Below the pieces are notes generated by a model. The model saw only the letters and a program-made list of their open reading frames with translations, was not told the DNA's origin and did not search any database. Both the position numbers and the translations under genes were made by a program. A stretch of DNA of 64,000 nt from Planctomycetota bacterium (GTDB lineage: Bacteria > Planctomycetota > UBA8108 > SXIK01). The stretch covers positions 928,001 to 992,000 of the forward strand of contig CBDCXR010000004.1 of NCBI GenBank assembly GCA_965223845.1. The letters run 5' to 3'. Below are positions 29,801 to 39,440 of the stretch, piece after piece; position 1 is the first letter of the stretch; every line of letters begins with the position of its first letter.

Positions 29801-31438
29801 TGGGACGTTTTCGAGGAGACCGGGAATCCCGACTGTTTCCACGATTTCGTTCGGCTTCACGCGAACGGCGATTACTTCGGCCTCTACGCGGAGTACGAGC
29901 ACCCGGACGCACGTTTTCTCGCGCGAAACGATCTCAATCCGGACGGCAACCTCTACAAGGCGACGGCTTCACGCGAGCAGCGAGACGGCTGGACTTACGA
30001 GAAGAAGACGAACGAGAGCACGGGAAATGCAGACCTCGTCGACTTTATTCACACGATGCACGACATCCCGACGAACCAGCTCGTGAGCTTCTTCGAGACG
30101 AACACCGAGCCGGACGTCATCATCGAATACCAGATGGCGCAGATCCTCACGAACAACCGTGACTATCCGCACAAGAATCACTACCTCTTTCACGACACCG
30201 AGAAGGGAGTCTGGTTCCCGACGGCGTGGGACATCGATCTCGTCTACGGAAAGCGCTGGGACGGGTCGTTCGAGGGCGTCCTCAACGACAAGATGGACAA
30301 CCCGGGCATCACGCCGTGGTACACGACGACGGTGCGCGGCGGGGGGATCGGAAACCATCTACTCGACAAGTTCTTCTCCCAGGCCGGGACGCACTTCCGC
30401 CGGGCCTACATCGTCCGGCTGTGGAACGCGATCCAAGAGAAGTACACGCTCGAGTACTACGACGGTCGCATCGACGAGTATCGCGCGCTTCTGTTCGAGG
30501 AGCAGCTCGAGGATATCGACGAGTGGGGCCGGTCTCGGGCGTCTGCGAACGACCCGACGGCTCCGGCGGAATTCGAGCCGAATCTCGAGCGCGTCCGCGA
30601 TCATGTTCGCATCCGCCGGAATTACCTGATCAACTACCTCCGGAATACGGAGGGCTTCGCGGGGAGCGACCGGCTGAAGATCACCGAGGTGATGTACAAC
30701 CCCCTCGGAGACGACCAGAGCGAATACATCGAGTTTTGGAACAACTCGGGTCGCTCGATCGACATTTCCGGCTGGTCCGTCAGAGGAGTCGGCGTCGAGA
30801 CCTTCACCTTCCCCGGCGGAACGGAAGTCGCGGACAACGAGGTGATCATCCTCGCGCGCAACCCCGCTCACTTCGTCGGAGTCTACGGCAATGTTGCGCG
30901 GACCTTCGGACCCTACACCGGGAACTTGAGCAACAGCGGCGAGGTGCTGCGTCTCCGAGACGACGGCGCGGGCTACGATGCGACCGTCGACTACCTCGAG
31001 TACGGGACGAGCGACCCCTGGCCGGGAGAGCCCGACGGGCTCGGTCACAGCCTCGAGCTGTTCAACGTCAGCGGAGACATCGACAACGACCGAGCGGAGA
31101 ACTGGCGCTCGTCCGTCTCGTTCGGCGGCTCGCCCGGCTTCGTTCATTTCGAGGGACAAGACGTGCCGCACTTCCGTCGCGGCAACTGCAACAACGATCA
31201 ACGGGTCGATATCACGGACGCGCTGGCGATCCTTCTCTATCTTTTCGCCGAACGGGAAGAGCCGCGTTGCATCGACGGTTGCGACGTGAACGGAAACGAG
31301 GGCGTCGCCATCGACGACGCGCTCGCACTCCTTCAGTATCTGTTCACGTCGCAGGGCTTCGTGATTCCGGCGCCCGATCCCGGCGACTGCGCACCGGCGC
31401 GAGAAGGCTTCTGTCAGCAGTCGAACTGCGTTTTGTGA
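26813..31438 (+). CDS. Secreted protein: unnamed Trp-rich domain, TSP3 repeats, lamin-tail domains, CBM-like module, CotH-like kinase, LTD, dockerin-like tag
   Basis: Signal region ...VLVSFGSRPVHA. LTD starts VVISEIHYNP, IAINEIYYHP and LKITEVMYNP. CotH motifs RRRGGS, KKYLKMKFN and NNRDYPHKNHYL...WFPTAWDIDLVYG. C-terminal FRRGNCNNDQRVDITDAL. Start set at in-frame ATG 26813 (the ORF opens at 26360). Confidence 0.88.
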   Translation: MLELRRPRGQLRRRTQQIVSGGRRRSNGRRSLWFVLGVPAVVLVSFGSRPVHADIIADSSADWSTTGTQGAGGWFHGYYNRSTDGNGTYQTGDFTAYTNSAGAGGGAVSPDGNHWTGSAWDLLDEASGPWTFSASEATHPNGTNNGDEHWTIRRWVSDFDGPVTIGWSTAKSNTNCGNGVGARLYLNGALIDSAAIGSGDGTGVTRELDRTISAGDVIDLALTPTGPDGSPSDGCDGSINRLWIDDLVSDLDDDGVLDGDDNCPRDPNPGQADGDSDGVGDVCDNCVDEPNEDQRDRDRDGLGDACDEPLTPDHFDVVISEIHYNPDDGSELEFVEFFNAADAALDLTGWSMTGAVRFVFPDGASIPPGGHVVVCRNSGVLSSTFGLDRTALFEWVAAALDNDGEEVVLLDATGAIVDSVRYDDSLPWDIDADGDGPSLQRLCVEGESENPQNWLADIGSPPTPMGEVQVPQCPPPVLPPPEIAINEIYYHPPGDQEEREYVELTNTTAAPIDLLGYCFSQGFSFCFDTSTVIEPGEFLVVCRDEAAVRSAFGITNTIGNFVGQLSNSGERITLLKPDGTLADSVRYRDEDKWNIAADGLGFSLEKYVPDATSDQPASWTDSGAAEGGGGGGWATASVRGTATSDRVYFYIEGPGEFLIDDVSLVNIADPDRNLLPNGDFDGGIAGWSGNGNHSGSTYNTENEALHVISSGTGTGSSNAVRVEAIEALERSNVTYELKFSYFHVSGSNELVARLSSSTPSRGIYWALVGGGGAGSVSPGAPNNALSTVVPPFATGIGRFPREPFSDEAVWLTTKVIGEATEVELVVDLDTGTQELEMFDDGVSNDGIAGDGVYGASVPPQPHHSVVTFKIVATGPGGQRTSPPRTDTEPVHAYYVSDYQPPSDLPVYTMILPTSSPRSWIAGLNCSTYRSCSFAVGGDVYYDVGIRRRGGSVCGDGDVIKKYLKMKFNRGHEFKGVRRINFQSLWTDKSLIRENLAWDVFEETGNPDCFHDFVRLHANGDYFGLYAEYEHPDARFLARNDLNPDGNLYKATASREQRDGWTYEKKTNESTGNADLVDFIHTMHDIPTNQLVSFFETNTEPDVIIEYQMAQILTNNRDYPHKNHYLFHDTEKGVWFPTAWDIDLVYGKRWDGSFEGVLNDKMDNPGITPWYTTTVRGGGIGNHLLDKFFSQAGTHFRRAYIVRLWNAIQEKYTLEYYDGRIDEYRALLFEEQLEDIDEWGRSRASANDPTAPAEFEPNLERVRDHVRIRRNYLINYLRNTEGFAGSDRLKITEVMYNPLGDDQSEYIEFWNNSGRSIDISGWSVRGVGVETFTFPGGTEVADNEVIILARNPAHFVGVYGNVARTFGPYTGNLSNSGEVLRLRDDGAGYDATVDYLEYGTSDPWPGEPDGLGHSLELFNVSGDIDNDRAENWRSSVSFGGSPGFVHFEGQDVPHFRRGNCNNDQRVDITDALAILLYLFAEREEPRCIDGCDVNGNEGVAIDDALALLQYLFTSQGFVIPAPDPGDCAPAREGFCQQSNCVL

Positions 31439-31657
31439 AGGACGAGGCGCGGCTCTCAGACGGCCGTGTTCTTGCTGGGAGCAGAGCGACCGAGGAGAAT
31501 GGCGGGATCTCTTCCGAGCCCGACGGGTTTCGGAGAGTGCGGGTGAGAAACCACTTCGAATCGAGTGAGAGGTAAGAGGCGGGCCGCGAGCCATCCCGGG
31601 AACGACCGCCCGGGGGGGAGACGTGAGTCGCCGAGGTTCTTCTTGGAGGGTGAATCT

Positions 31658-34600
31658 ATGCGTTTTCGAACGCCCATCGGGGTTGGGGTCGCGCTCTTCG
31701 TGCTCGCTTGGGGTACGACGGCCGACGCGCAAGTCATCGCGGACTCGTTCGACGACTGGTCGATCGACGGGATCCAAGGCGATAACAACTGGTACAACGG
31801 GTGGTACGACCGCAGCGCGGACGAGGACGACACGTACTCCGCAGAAGAAGACTTCATGGAGTTCGTGAACGACGGGACGGGCGATATCGTCAGCCCCGAC
31901 GGCAACCACTGGAACGGGACGGCTTGGGACCTTCACCCGACGGGCGCTCCGTGGACGGTGGTCGCGCAGGAGGCCACGCACTCGAACGGGACGAACAACG
32001 GCCCCGAGCAGTGGTCCATCCGCCGATGGGCGAACGACGGGATCGACGGCGACGAACCCATCACCGGCAAGGTCGCCGTGACGTGGTTCATGGCGAAACA
32101 GAACCTCAACGGAACCGGAGTGACGGGCAAGCTCTTCCACACGACGGGCGACGTCACGACGGAGCTCGATTCGGCGACGATCGCCGGCAACGACGGCGTC
32201 GGCGTCACGCGGGTCGTCATCATTGAGAATCTCGCCCCCAACGATCTCATCGAGCTTGCGCACACGCCGCTCGGAGTGAACGACGATCCTCGAGACGGGT
32301 CGGACGGGTCGATCAATCGACTCACGATCGGAGACGAGGTCCCGGATACGGACGAGGATGGCGTCCCGGAGGACGAGGACAACTGTCCCACCGTCCCGAA
32401 TGCCGGCCAGGAAGACCAGGACGACGATCAAGTCGGAGACGCGTGCGACAACTGCATGAGCACTCCCAATACCGATCAAGAGAACCAAGACGGCGATAAC
32501 CTCGGAGACGTCTGCGACGACTCCGACGGCGACGGCGTCTTCGACGCGACCGACAACTGTGTCGACACGCCGAATGACGATCAGGCCGATACCGACGGCG
32601 ACGAGATCGGGAACGCGTGCGACAACTGTCCCTCCGACGCGAACCCGGGCCAGGAGGACACTGACATGGACGGGATCGGCGACGCGTGCCGACCCGAGCT
32701 CGTCGCGGATTCCCTCGTCGATTGGTCGACGACCGGAACGCAGGGCGAGAAGAACTGGTTCTACGGTTACTACAACCGCTCGGAGGACGAGCTCGAAGGT
32801 GACGATCAGTACCAGGCCGACGAGTTCATTCCGTTCACGAACGACGGCGACGTCGTCGTCGCGCCCGATGGCAATCACTGGACGGGAACGACGTGGGATC
32901 TGACGACGGAAGGCACCCCCCCGTGGACCTTCATGTCCCGCGACGGAACGCATCCGAACGACCCGGATCCCGAAGACGAGCACTGGACGATCCGGCGCTG
33001 GGAGGCGGACCAGGACTATCCGACGGCCGTCCTTCGCTGGCATCTTCGCAAGACGAACGTCAACTGCGGAAACGGAGTGAGCGGTCACCTCTTCGTGAAC
33101 GGCGAGGAAGTCGACTTCGCCGCGATCGCGGGCGACGACAATGTCGGTGTCATCCGCGTCGTCGTGACGAGTCTCAGTCAGGGCGACTTCGTAGACCTCG
33201 CGCACGATCCGGCCGGACCGGACGGTGCGCGCGCCGACGGCTGCGATGGATCCGCCAACTGGCTTCAGATCGGCACGGACGTCCCGGATTCCGACGGTGA
33301 CGGTGCGAAGGATGATGTCGACAACTGCGTCTTCACCCCGAACGCGGACCAGGCGAACTCGGACGGGGACGAGCTCGGAGATGCGTGTGACAACTGCATC
33401 GACACGGACAACCCGACCCAGCGCGACCGCGACGGCGACGGCATCGGCGATGCCTGTGATGAGCCGGTGATCGCCGATTCGGTCGACGACTGGTCGCTCA
33501 CTGGCGAGCAGGGAGCGAACGGTTGGTCGAACGGCTACTACAACAAGTCGCTCGACGACGACGCCACCTACACCGCCGGCGAGTTCATCGCGTTCGAGAA
33601 CGACGCGGGGCCCGATGGCGGCGACGTTGCGGTCGACGGCAACCACTGGACCGGTACGATCTGGGATCTCACGACGGACCCACCCGCTCCGTGGACCACG
33701 ATCGGCCAGGAGTCGAACCATCCGAACGGGACGAACAACGGCGACGAGCACTGGACCGTCCGGCGCTGGCAGAGTACGCACGACGGCCCGGCTGCGATTC
33801 GTTGGCACATGCGGAAAGCGAATCCCGCGGGCGGCGGCGTCACCGGCTACCTCTACGTGAATGACGAAGAGATCGATCGCTTCGTCATCGCCGGAAACGA
33901 TGACCTCGGCGTCGTGCGCACGAAGATCGTCACGCTCGCGATGGGCGACACGGTCGACCTGTGCCTCGGCCCGGACGGGGCGTGCGGCGATACGGGTGAC
34001 GGTGCCGACGGTTCGGTCAATTGGCTTCGCATCGAAGGCGTCGTCGATCAGGCCGAGAGCCCGACCGTCCTCGCGCAGTCGATCGTCGATTGGTCGCCCG
34101 ACGGCGATCAAGGCGCGAACGGCTGGTTCTACGGCTATTGGGACCAGCGGTTCGACATCGAGGAAGATGACGGGGTCTACGACCCCGGATTCGACTTCAT
34201 CGAGTTCGAGAACTTCGGCGCCGGCCCCGTGGAGCCCGACGGCAACCACTGGAGCGGGACGAAGTGGGATCTCCTCGACGGCGCCGCGCCGTGGACGGAG
34301 ATCACCTGCACGGGTGGACATCCCGCCGGAAACGGTCAGACCGACACCGCCGTTCACTGGGCGATCCGTCGCTGGGAGAGCTCGGTCACGGGAACGATCG
34401 TGATCAGCGGCGTCCTCAACAACGTGAGTGCCAGCGGCGATGGCGTCGTCGGCCGGATCTACCACAATGACTCCGAAATCTGGGCGCAGGTCTCGAACGG
34501 TGAAGCCTTCGTCTACGAGGTCGAAGCGACCGTCGAGGAGGGCGACACGATCGACTTCATCATCGACTCGGACGGATCGAATGCGCTCGAAGCGGGCGGA

Positions 34601-34966
34601 ATCGACGCCATCGCCGACGGCAGCGACGGAACGACGTTCACGTCGGTGATCGGCGTGCTCGGTGACGGTCCTCCGACCGTGCAGATTCGCCGCGGAGACG
34701 CGAACAACGACGGCAGCGTGAACATCGCGGACGCGATCTACGAGCTGAACAACCTATTTGGTGACGGCGCCGACCCGACCTGTCTCGAGACGGCGGACGT
34801 CAACGGGGACAACGCTTTCAACATCGCGGACGCGATCTTCCTCCTGAACAACCTCTTCGGCGACGGTCCACCGCCGATCGAAGGAGTCGGCGAAGGAGGT
34901 TTCGGCTGCGGGCCCGATCTCGAGCCGGCGACGACGCTCGGTTGCACTCTCTACGACAAGTGCTGA
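31658..34966 (+). CDS. Secreted protein: 4 copies of the unnamed Trp-rich domain, TSP3 repeats, dockerin-like tag
   Basis: ATG 31658 after GGAGGG. Signal peptide ...AWGTTADA. Many DxDxDGxGDxCDNC repeats. C-terminal [18 protein letters not shown]...[15 protein letters not shown]. Confidence 0.9.
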   Translation: MRFRTPIGVGVALFVLAWGTTADAQVIADSFDDWSIDGIQGDNNWYNGWYDRSADEDDTYSAEEDFMEFVNDGTGDIVSPDGNHWNGTAWDLHPTGAPWTVVAQEATHSNGTNNGPEQWSIRRWANDGIDGDEPITGKVAVTWFMAKQNLNGTGVTGKLFHTTGDVTTELDSATIAGNDGVGVTRVVIIENLAPNDLIELAHTPLGVNDDPRDGSDGSINRLTIGDEVPDTDEDGVPEDEDNCPTVPNAGQEDQDDDQVGDACDNCMSTPNTDQENQDGDNLGDVCDDSDGDGVFDATDNCVDTPNDDQADTDGDEIGNACDNCPSDANPGQEDTDMDGIGDACRPELVADSLVDWSTTGTQGEKNWFYGYYNRSEDELEGDDQYQADEFIPFTNDGDVVVAPDGNHWTGTTWDLTTEGTPPWTFMSRDGTHPNDPDPEDEHWTIRRWEADQDYPTAVLRWHLRKTNVNCGNGVSGHLFVNGEEVDFAAIAGDDNVGVIRVVVTSLSQGDFVDLAHDPAGPDGARADGCDGSANWLQIGTDVPDSDGDGAKDDVDNCVFTPNADQANSDGDELGDACDNCIDTDNPTQRDRDGDGIGDACDEPVIADSVDDWSLTGEQGANGWSNGYYNKSLDDDATYTAGEFIAFENDAGPDGGDVAVDGNHWTGTIWDLTTDPPAPWTTIGQESNHPNGTNNGDEHWTVRRWQSTHDGPAAIRWHMRKANPAGGGVTGYLYVNDEEIDRFVIAGNDDLGVVRTKIVTLAMGDTVDLCLGPDGACGDTGDGADGSVNWLRIEGVVDQAESPTVLAQSIVDWSPDGDQGANGWFYGYWDQRFDIEEDDGVYDPGFDFIEFENFGAGPVEPDGNHWSGTKWDLLDGAAPWTEITCTGGHPAGNGQTDTAVHWAIRRWESSVTGTIVISGVLNNVSASGDGVVGRIYHNDSEIWAQVSNGEAFVYEVEATVEEGDTIDFIIDSDGSNALEAGGIDAIADGSDGTTFTSVIGVLGDGPPTVQIRRGDANNDGSVNIADAIYELNNLFGDGADPTCLETADVNGDNAFNIADAIFLLNNLFGDGPPPIEGVGEGGFGCGPDLEPATTLGCTLYDKC

Positions 34967-35169
34967 GCTGAGCTAGTCTCCAGTCCAGAACTGGGCCTCG
35001 AGCACGGAACGGGAGCGGTCTTCGCAACGCGGAGATCGCTCCCGTTCTTTCTTGTTGGCGCGCGTAGAGCCGGTGTATCGTCGAGCTTAGCGTCCGAACC
35101 AGTGCCGCGCGCTCGTTCGGAGAACCCATACGTGATCGCGCTCGTCGCTGGCTAGTGGAGGTTCGGATC

Positions 35170-36153
35170 GTGCGAAGTCGAACACCCGGCGTCGTGGGTC
35201 TCATGATCTTCGTGTTGGGCCCGATGGCGAGCGCGTCCGAATTCGAGCTCGCCGCTGATTCCCACGCCGATTGGTCGGCGACCGGCGAACAGGGGGCGAA
35301 GGGGTGGTACTACGGGTACTCCGACCGTCGTCTCGACGTCGAGTCCGGGGATGGAATCTACGATCCGCAGTCCGATTTCGTCGCGTTCCGAAACCTCGGA
35401 GCCGGCGACGTCGGTCCCGACAGAAACCACTGGACGGGCTCGGCGTGGGCTCTCAGCGACGGGCTTCCCACGACGTCACTCTGGCGCGAAGGTGGGCGAC
35501 CCGCGGCGAATTGCGAACCGGACACTTCCGTCCACTGGTCGGTTCGTCGGTGGGTGAGCTCCGTCGCCGGAGAGGCGGTGATCGAGGTCTCGTTGAGGAA
35601 TCTCGAGGGTCGGTTCGCCGACGGGATCACCGCGCGCGTCTACCAGAATCGACGCGAGCTCTGGTCGGCGACGATCCCCGCGGGGTGGACGGTGAGCCCG
35701 CTGATCGAGGCCACGCTCGAGATCGGCGACAGCCTCGATTTCATCGTCGACCCCGACGGGAGGGGGAACGAAGCGACGGGTGGCATCGACACCGTCAGTG
35801 GCAAGGACGATTCCGCGATGTTTCGCGCGGTCGTTTGGAAACGAAACGACGCTCCGGTTCCACCAGAGTTTCGCCGTGGGGATCCCAATGCCGATGGCCG
35901 CGTCAATCTCGCGGACGCGCTCTGCGTCCTGCTGAGCCTCCACGGGCGGGGCTGTCCCGTGTTGACGTGCCTCGAGGCCGGAGATGTGAACGGCGACGCG
36001 GGGGTGAGCATCGCGGACCCGATCTACCTGCTCAATCGTCTCTTCGGGAACGGTCCGCCGCCTGTCGGAGGTGCCGGCGCTGACGGTACCGAATGTGGAA
36101 TTGACTCGGACCCTGAGCACTCCTTGGGCTGCGAGCGCTACGAAAGCTGCTGA
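35170..36153 (+). CDS. Secreted protein: one unnamed Trp-rich domain plus dockerin-like tag
   Basis: GTG 35170 after GGAGG, signal peptide, LAADSHADWSATGEQGAKGWYYGY...HWSVRRW, and FRRGDPNADGRVNLADAL...GDVNGDAGVSIADPI. Confidence 0.85.
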   Translation: MRSRTPGVVGLMIFVLGPMASASEFELAADSHADWSATGEQGAKGWYYGYSDRRLDVESGDGIYDPQSDFVAFRNLGAGDVGPDRNHWTGSAWALSDGLPTTSLWREGGRPAANCEPDTSVHWSVRRWVSSVAGEAVIEVSLRNLEGRFADGITARVYQNRRELWSATIPAGWTVSPLIEATLEIGDSLDFIVDPDGRGNEATGGIDTVSGKDDSAMFRAVVWKRNDAPVPPEFRRGDPNADGRVNLADALCVLLSLHGRGCPVLTCLEAGDVNGDAGVSIADPIYLLNRLFGNGPPPVGGAGADGTECGIDSDPEHSLGCERYESC

Positions 36154-36189
36154 ATCCGCTCGTTCGAAGTCTCGTTTTGCCTGGCGGGC

Positions 36190-37221
36190 TCACTCGAGCA
36201 TCCGCCACTCCGTCCGGTAGTCGAGCCCGAGTTTCATCACGCGTTCGAGAAGCTGCGGGTACGTCCCGCCGGCCGCTTCGAACGCCGCGGACATCTCTTC
36301 TCCTTCCGAGATGTCGGCGTTCGGATTCGCCTCGAGGACGTAGACGTCGCCGTCGTCGGTGAGCCGAAAATCGATGCGGCCGTAGCCGCTGATGCTGAGC
36401 AGGCGGAACATGCGGCGGCTCAGCCGAAAGATCCGCCGCTCGAGCGCGGGAGGGAGATCCTTCGCCACGTCGACGTAGATCTCGTGCTCCTCTTGGTACT
36501 TCCAGTCCCACTTCACCTTCGAAGTCGCGATGCGCGGCGCGCCTTCGCGCAGATTGTCGAATCGGAGCTCGAGGACGGGGAGCGTTCGAGGCCGACGGTT
36601 GCCGAGGATCGCGACGTAGAGCTCGCGCCCCTCGATGTACTCCTCGGCGATCGCGTGCGTGTCGAGCTCCTCGTGAAGATACGCGACCCGCTCGCGCAGC
36701 TTCTCTTCGTTCGTGACGACGGATGCCTGAGAGATTCCGTAGGACCCCTCCTGAATGAGCGACTTCACGAGCACGGGATAGCGGAGGCCGCGCGCACGCC
36801 GGAGTCGGCGTCCCTTCGGAAACGTGACGAATCGCGGCACCTTGATCCGGTGGTAGGAGAGGATCTTTTTGCTCAGCGCTTTGTCGTGCGTGAGCATCAA
36901 GCCGCGCGGATTGCACCCGGTGTAGCGTTGCTCGAGGAGTTCGAGGTAGCTGACGACGTGCTGATCGTAGGCGGCGAACCCCTTGAACTCTTCCAACAGA
37001 TTGAACGCGATGTGAGGTTTCCACTCGCGAATCTGCGCGCGGACCGCACCGAGATCGGTGCTGAGCCCGAGCGGGCGCGCCTCGTGCCCCAGCTCGCGGA
37101 GCGTGCGGAGCACGTCGTACTCGGCCTTCCACTCGAGGATCTCCCGGTCGGAGTAACCCTCGACAGAGTCGGGCGGAACATTGTCCTCGTGCATGAGCAC
37201 GAGAACGCGGAGCGGTCTCAT
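36190..37221 (-). CDS. ATP-grasp ligase, D-Ala-D-Ala-ligase-like family
   Basis: AFNLLEEF, YTGCNPRG...DKALSKKIL, YPVLVKS...GSYGISQAS, EEYIEGRELYV and YGRIDFRL...LEANPN. Confidence 0.85.
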   Translation of the reverse strand: MRPLRVLVLMHEDNVPPDSVEGYSDREILEWKAEYDVLRTLRELGHEARPLGLSTDLGAVRAQIREWKPHIAFNLLEEFKGFAAYDQHVVSYLELLEQRYTGCNPRGLMLTHDKALSKKILSYHRIKVPRFVTFPKGRRLRRARGLRYPVLVKSLIQEGSYGISQASVVTNEEKLRERVAYLHEELDTHAIAEEYIEGRELYVAILGNRRPRTLPVLELRFDNLREGAPRIATSKVKWDWKYQEEHEIYVDVAKDLPPALERRIFRLSRRMFRLLSISGYGRIDFRLTDDGDVYVLEANPNADISEGEEMSAAFEAAGGTYPQLLERVMKLGLDYRTEWRMLE

Positions 37222-38384
37222 ACGGAGAAGCGCGGCTCCCCGCGGCGGCGATAGCGCATCGCACGCGCACTCAAGAATACGGCGGCTTCGAGCTTCGTCT
37301 GCTCGGTCGAGCTACGGACGTAGAGGCCGAGCTCTCGGCAGCGCACGAGAGCCTCGTGAAAGACTTGGTCGATCGTATAGGGGTGCTCGCCCGTGCCGCG
37401 GACGACGACGCGGCGGAGCTCCGTCGAGTGGCGACGGAGAAACGCGGCCGCCGTGCGTGCGCGTGTCGCCGGGCGGACGCGCGTGAAGAGTCGCATCAGG
37501 TCGCGGTCGGCGAATTCGCCTCCGTCTCCTTGATACCGGGCGCGCTTCTCGACGTAGTGTTGCCGAAGTGTCGTGCGCAGCGTCGACAGCGGATCGACTC
37601 GCTCCCGCGTTGCCACGGGCGGAGGCGCGGCTCGAAGCTCGCGCATCAATCCGTCGACGTACTCGAGCTTTCGCCGCGCCGGCCAGCCGGCGTAGTCGCG
37701 CCGCCAGCGGGAGCCGGGCTTCAACCACAGCGCGAAGGTCTCCGCGAAATCCTCGGTCGGGTGGCTCTGGGCGTACCAGCGTCCTAGGTGGAGGACGTAG
37801 TCGCGACTGTACGGATTCGGCTGGTACTCAGTGGGGTACGCGACGCTGGCTCGGCCGAAGTGACGCTGCCATTCCCTTCGCCGGCGCAAACGGAACGCCG
37901 CGTCGATCGCGTGCCCGGCCTCGTGGCGGAGGAGGCGCATGCACCAATCCTCCGTGCCGCCTTCGACCTCGCACATCTGCCGGCACTCGAGCCGCATGAG
38001 CCGAGGATGGGCCAAATAGAACGGAATCGCGATTCCCGGGACCCCGTCGGGCGAAAACCATTCCTCGGAGAGCCAACAGTGGGGGCGGAGCGAGAGACCG
38101 CGCGCAGCGAGCTCGCGGTGAAGTCGTTCGATTCTCCGTTCGAGAACGGTTCCTTCGATCGCGATGTCGAGGTCGCAGAGGCGCACGTCGAGGAGATCGG
38201 AATCGGACGCGCTCTCCCACCACCGTACGGTGGACGGCGGAGGGACCCAGCACGCGACGCGGGCGAGCGTTCGAGTGGGCGGGTCGCGCAACTCCGGATT
38301 CATGAGCTCGTACTCGGTTCGATCCGCCGCGTCCGTGACGGCGGAAGCTGCGTCGTGGAGCGCTACCGCCGGTGTCTGAGCCAC
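37218..38384 (-). CDS. Putative zinc-binding metallopeptidase (zincin, HExxH)
   Basis: LRHEAGH and YAQSHPTEDFAETFALWL motifs. ATGA overlap with the ligase gene. The start could be ATG 38303. Confidence 0.8.
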   Translation of the reverse strand: MAQTPAVALHDAASAVTDAADRTEYELMNPELRDPPTRTLARVACWVPPPSTVRWWESASDSDLLDVRLCDLDIAIEGTVLERRIERLHRELAARGLSLRPHCWLSEEWFSPDGVPGIAIPFYLAHPRLMRLECRQMCEVEGGTEDWCMRLLRHEAGHAIDAAFRLRRRREWQRHFGRASVAYPTEYQPNPYSRDYVLHLGRWYAQSHPTEDFAETFALWLKPGSRWRRDYAGWPARRKLEYVDGLMRELRAAPPPVATRERVDPLSTLRTTLRQHYVEKRARYQGDGGEFADRDLMRLFTRVRPATRARTAAAFLRRHSTELRRVVVRGTGEHPYTIDQVFHEALVRCRELGLYVRSSTEQTKLEAAVFLSARAMRYRRRGEPRFSV

Positions 38385-38678
38385 GCAGTAGGGTCCGTGC
38401 GACGTCGTCCTAGCGACGACGCTTCGCTTCGCGCGCGATGGAGGTTTCCGAGCGCCATCGATCGAAGATCGACGCTCCGCCCGGAGAGTTCATCCGCGCA
38501 CCTGCGCATCGGAGCCCGCGACCCAAAGGAGCTCGAATCCGTTCTCGCTTCTCCCGCACCGCGGACCCGTCGTGTCCTTCCGACGCATCCCGTGCAGTGG
38601 TCGCAGGTCCCAGCGTACCGTATGGTCGCGAACGGGTCCACCGCTCGCCCGGGCGCGACCCTCGACGTCGGCGTGCGC

Positions 38679-39440
38679 TCAGACGGCACTCGTTTCGTCG
38701 CCGCCGCGGGCTTCGTCCCGGGGGTCGCCGGCGAGGTCGATGCGCCAGGGCTGGGCGCACGCGTCGATGACCCAGCGGCTGAGTGGAATCCAGCGGCGGC
38801 ACCGATCGATCACGCCGCTGTCGGAGGACGCGACGACCGCGCCCGACTCGGCGAGCTCCGGGTCCGGATCCGGGACGACGCGCGCGGTCCAGTTCCAGCC
38901 CGCGGAAGCCGCGGTCGCCCGAATCAGCTCCGCGAGTCGACCGGAGTTCGAAACCGGGGCATCGAGGAGCCAGAGTGCGCTGTTGGCGCCGATCCGCTCG
39001 AGGTAGCTCCCGACGGCGGTGAGGGCGGGAACGGTCTCCTCGACACGGCGGTAGGTTCCGTGGAGGCTCGCGAGATCTCGCACCGTGCCGTCGTGGCCGT
39101 AAAGAATCGGTGCCCCGGCGAGCGCGCTCTCGACGGTGATCAAGACGTTGTAGCCGTCGACGGCGACGTCGAGTCCGCGGAGACGAGACTCGGGCACCGC
39201 CTTGGCGGCGCGCGCCTCGCTCGCAGCCGTAGAGGCAGTAGCACGCAGAATGGCCTCGCGCTGCCGTGCGGCGAGTTGGAATCGATCGCCGACGAGCGCG
39301 AGCGAAGCTCGGGGCGAATACCCCCGGTCGAACAAACATCGAAGATCCGCAGCCGCGCGACGGAGAATCGCCACCGACGGCGCGCCGAAGAGCTCGCCGT
39401 CGCGCGGGTGAGGGCCTCGATGGCGGCGGCGGTCGGGCAC
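38679..39440 (-). CDS. DUF434-like protein (PIN-like VDGYN motif)
   Basis: DLRCLFDRGY...LALVGDRFQL, VDGYNVLITVE, DGTVRDLA, LDAPVSNSGRL and SSDSGVID. Start set at GTG 39440. Confidence 0.75.
   Translation of the reverse strand: MPDRRRHRGPHPRDGELFGAPSVAILRRAAADLRCLFDRGYSPRASLALVGDRFQLAARQREAILRATASTAASEARAAKAVPESRLRGLDVAVDGYNVLITVESALAGAPILYGHDGTVRDLASLHGTYRRVEETVPALTAVGSYLERIGANSALWLLDAPVSNSGRLAELIRATAASAGWNWTARVVPDPDPELAESGAVVASSDSGVIDRCRRWIPLSRWVIDACAQPWRIDLAGDPRDEARGGDETSAV

Noticed and set aside
32340-33460. Recurring DNA motifs (gacaactg..., gacggcgacg) that could suggest a repeat array or CRISPR
   Set aside because: They encode TSP3 Ca-binding repeats within a CDS. There is no constant repeat-spacer periodicity and no cas genes were seen.
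30359-34465. 1368-aa minus-strand ORF
   Set aside because: Antisense shadow of the two + strand secreted-protein genes. It has no motifs, and such shadows are typical of high-GC codon bias.
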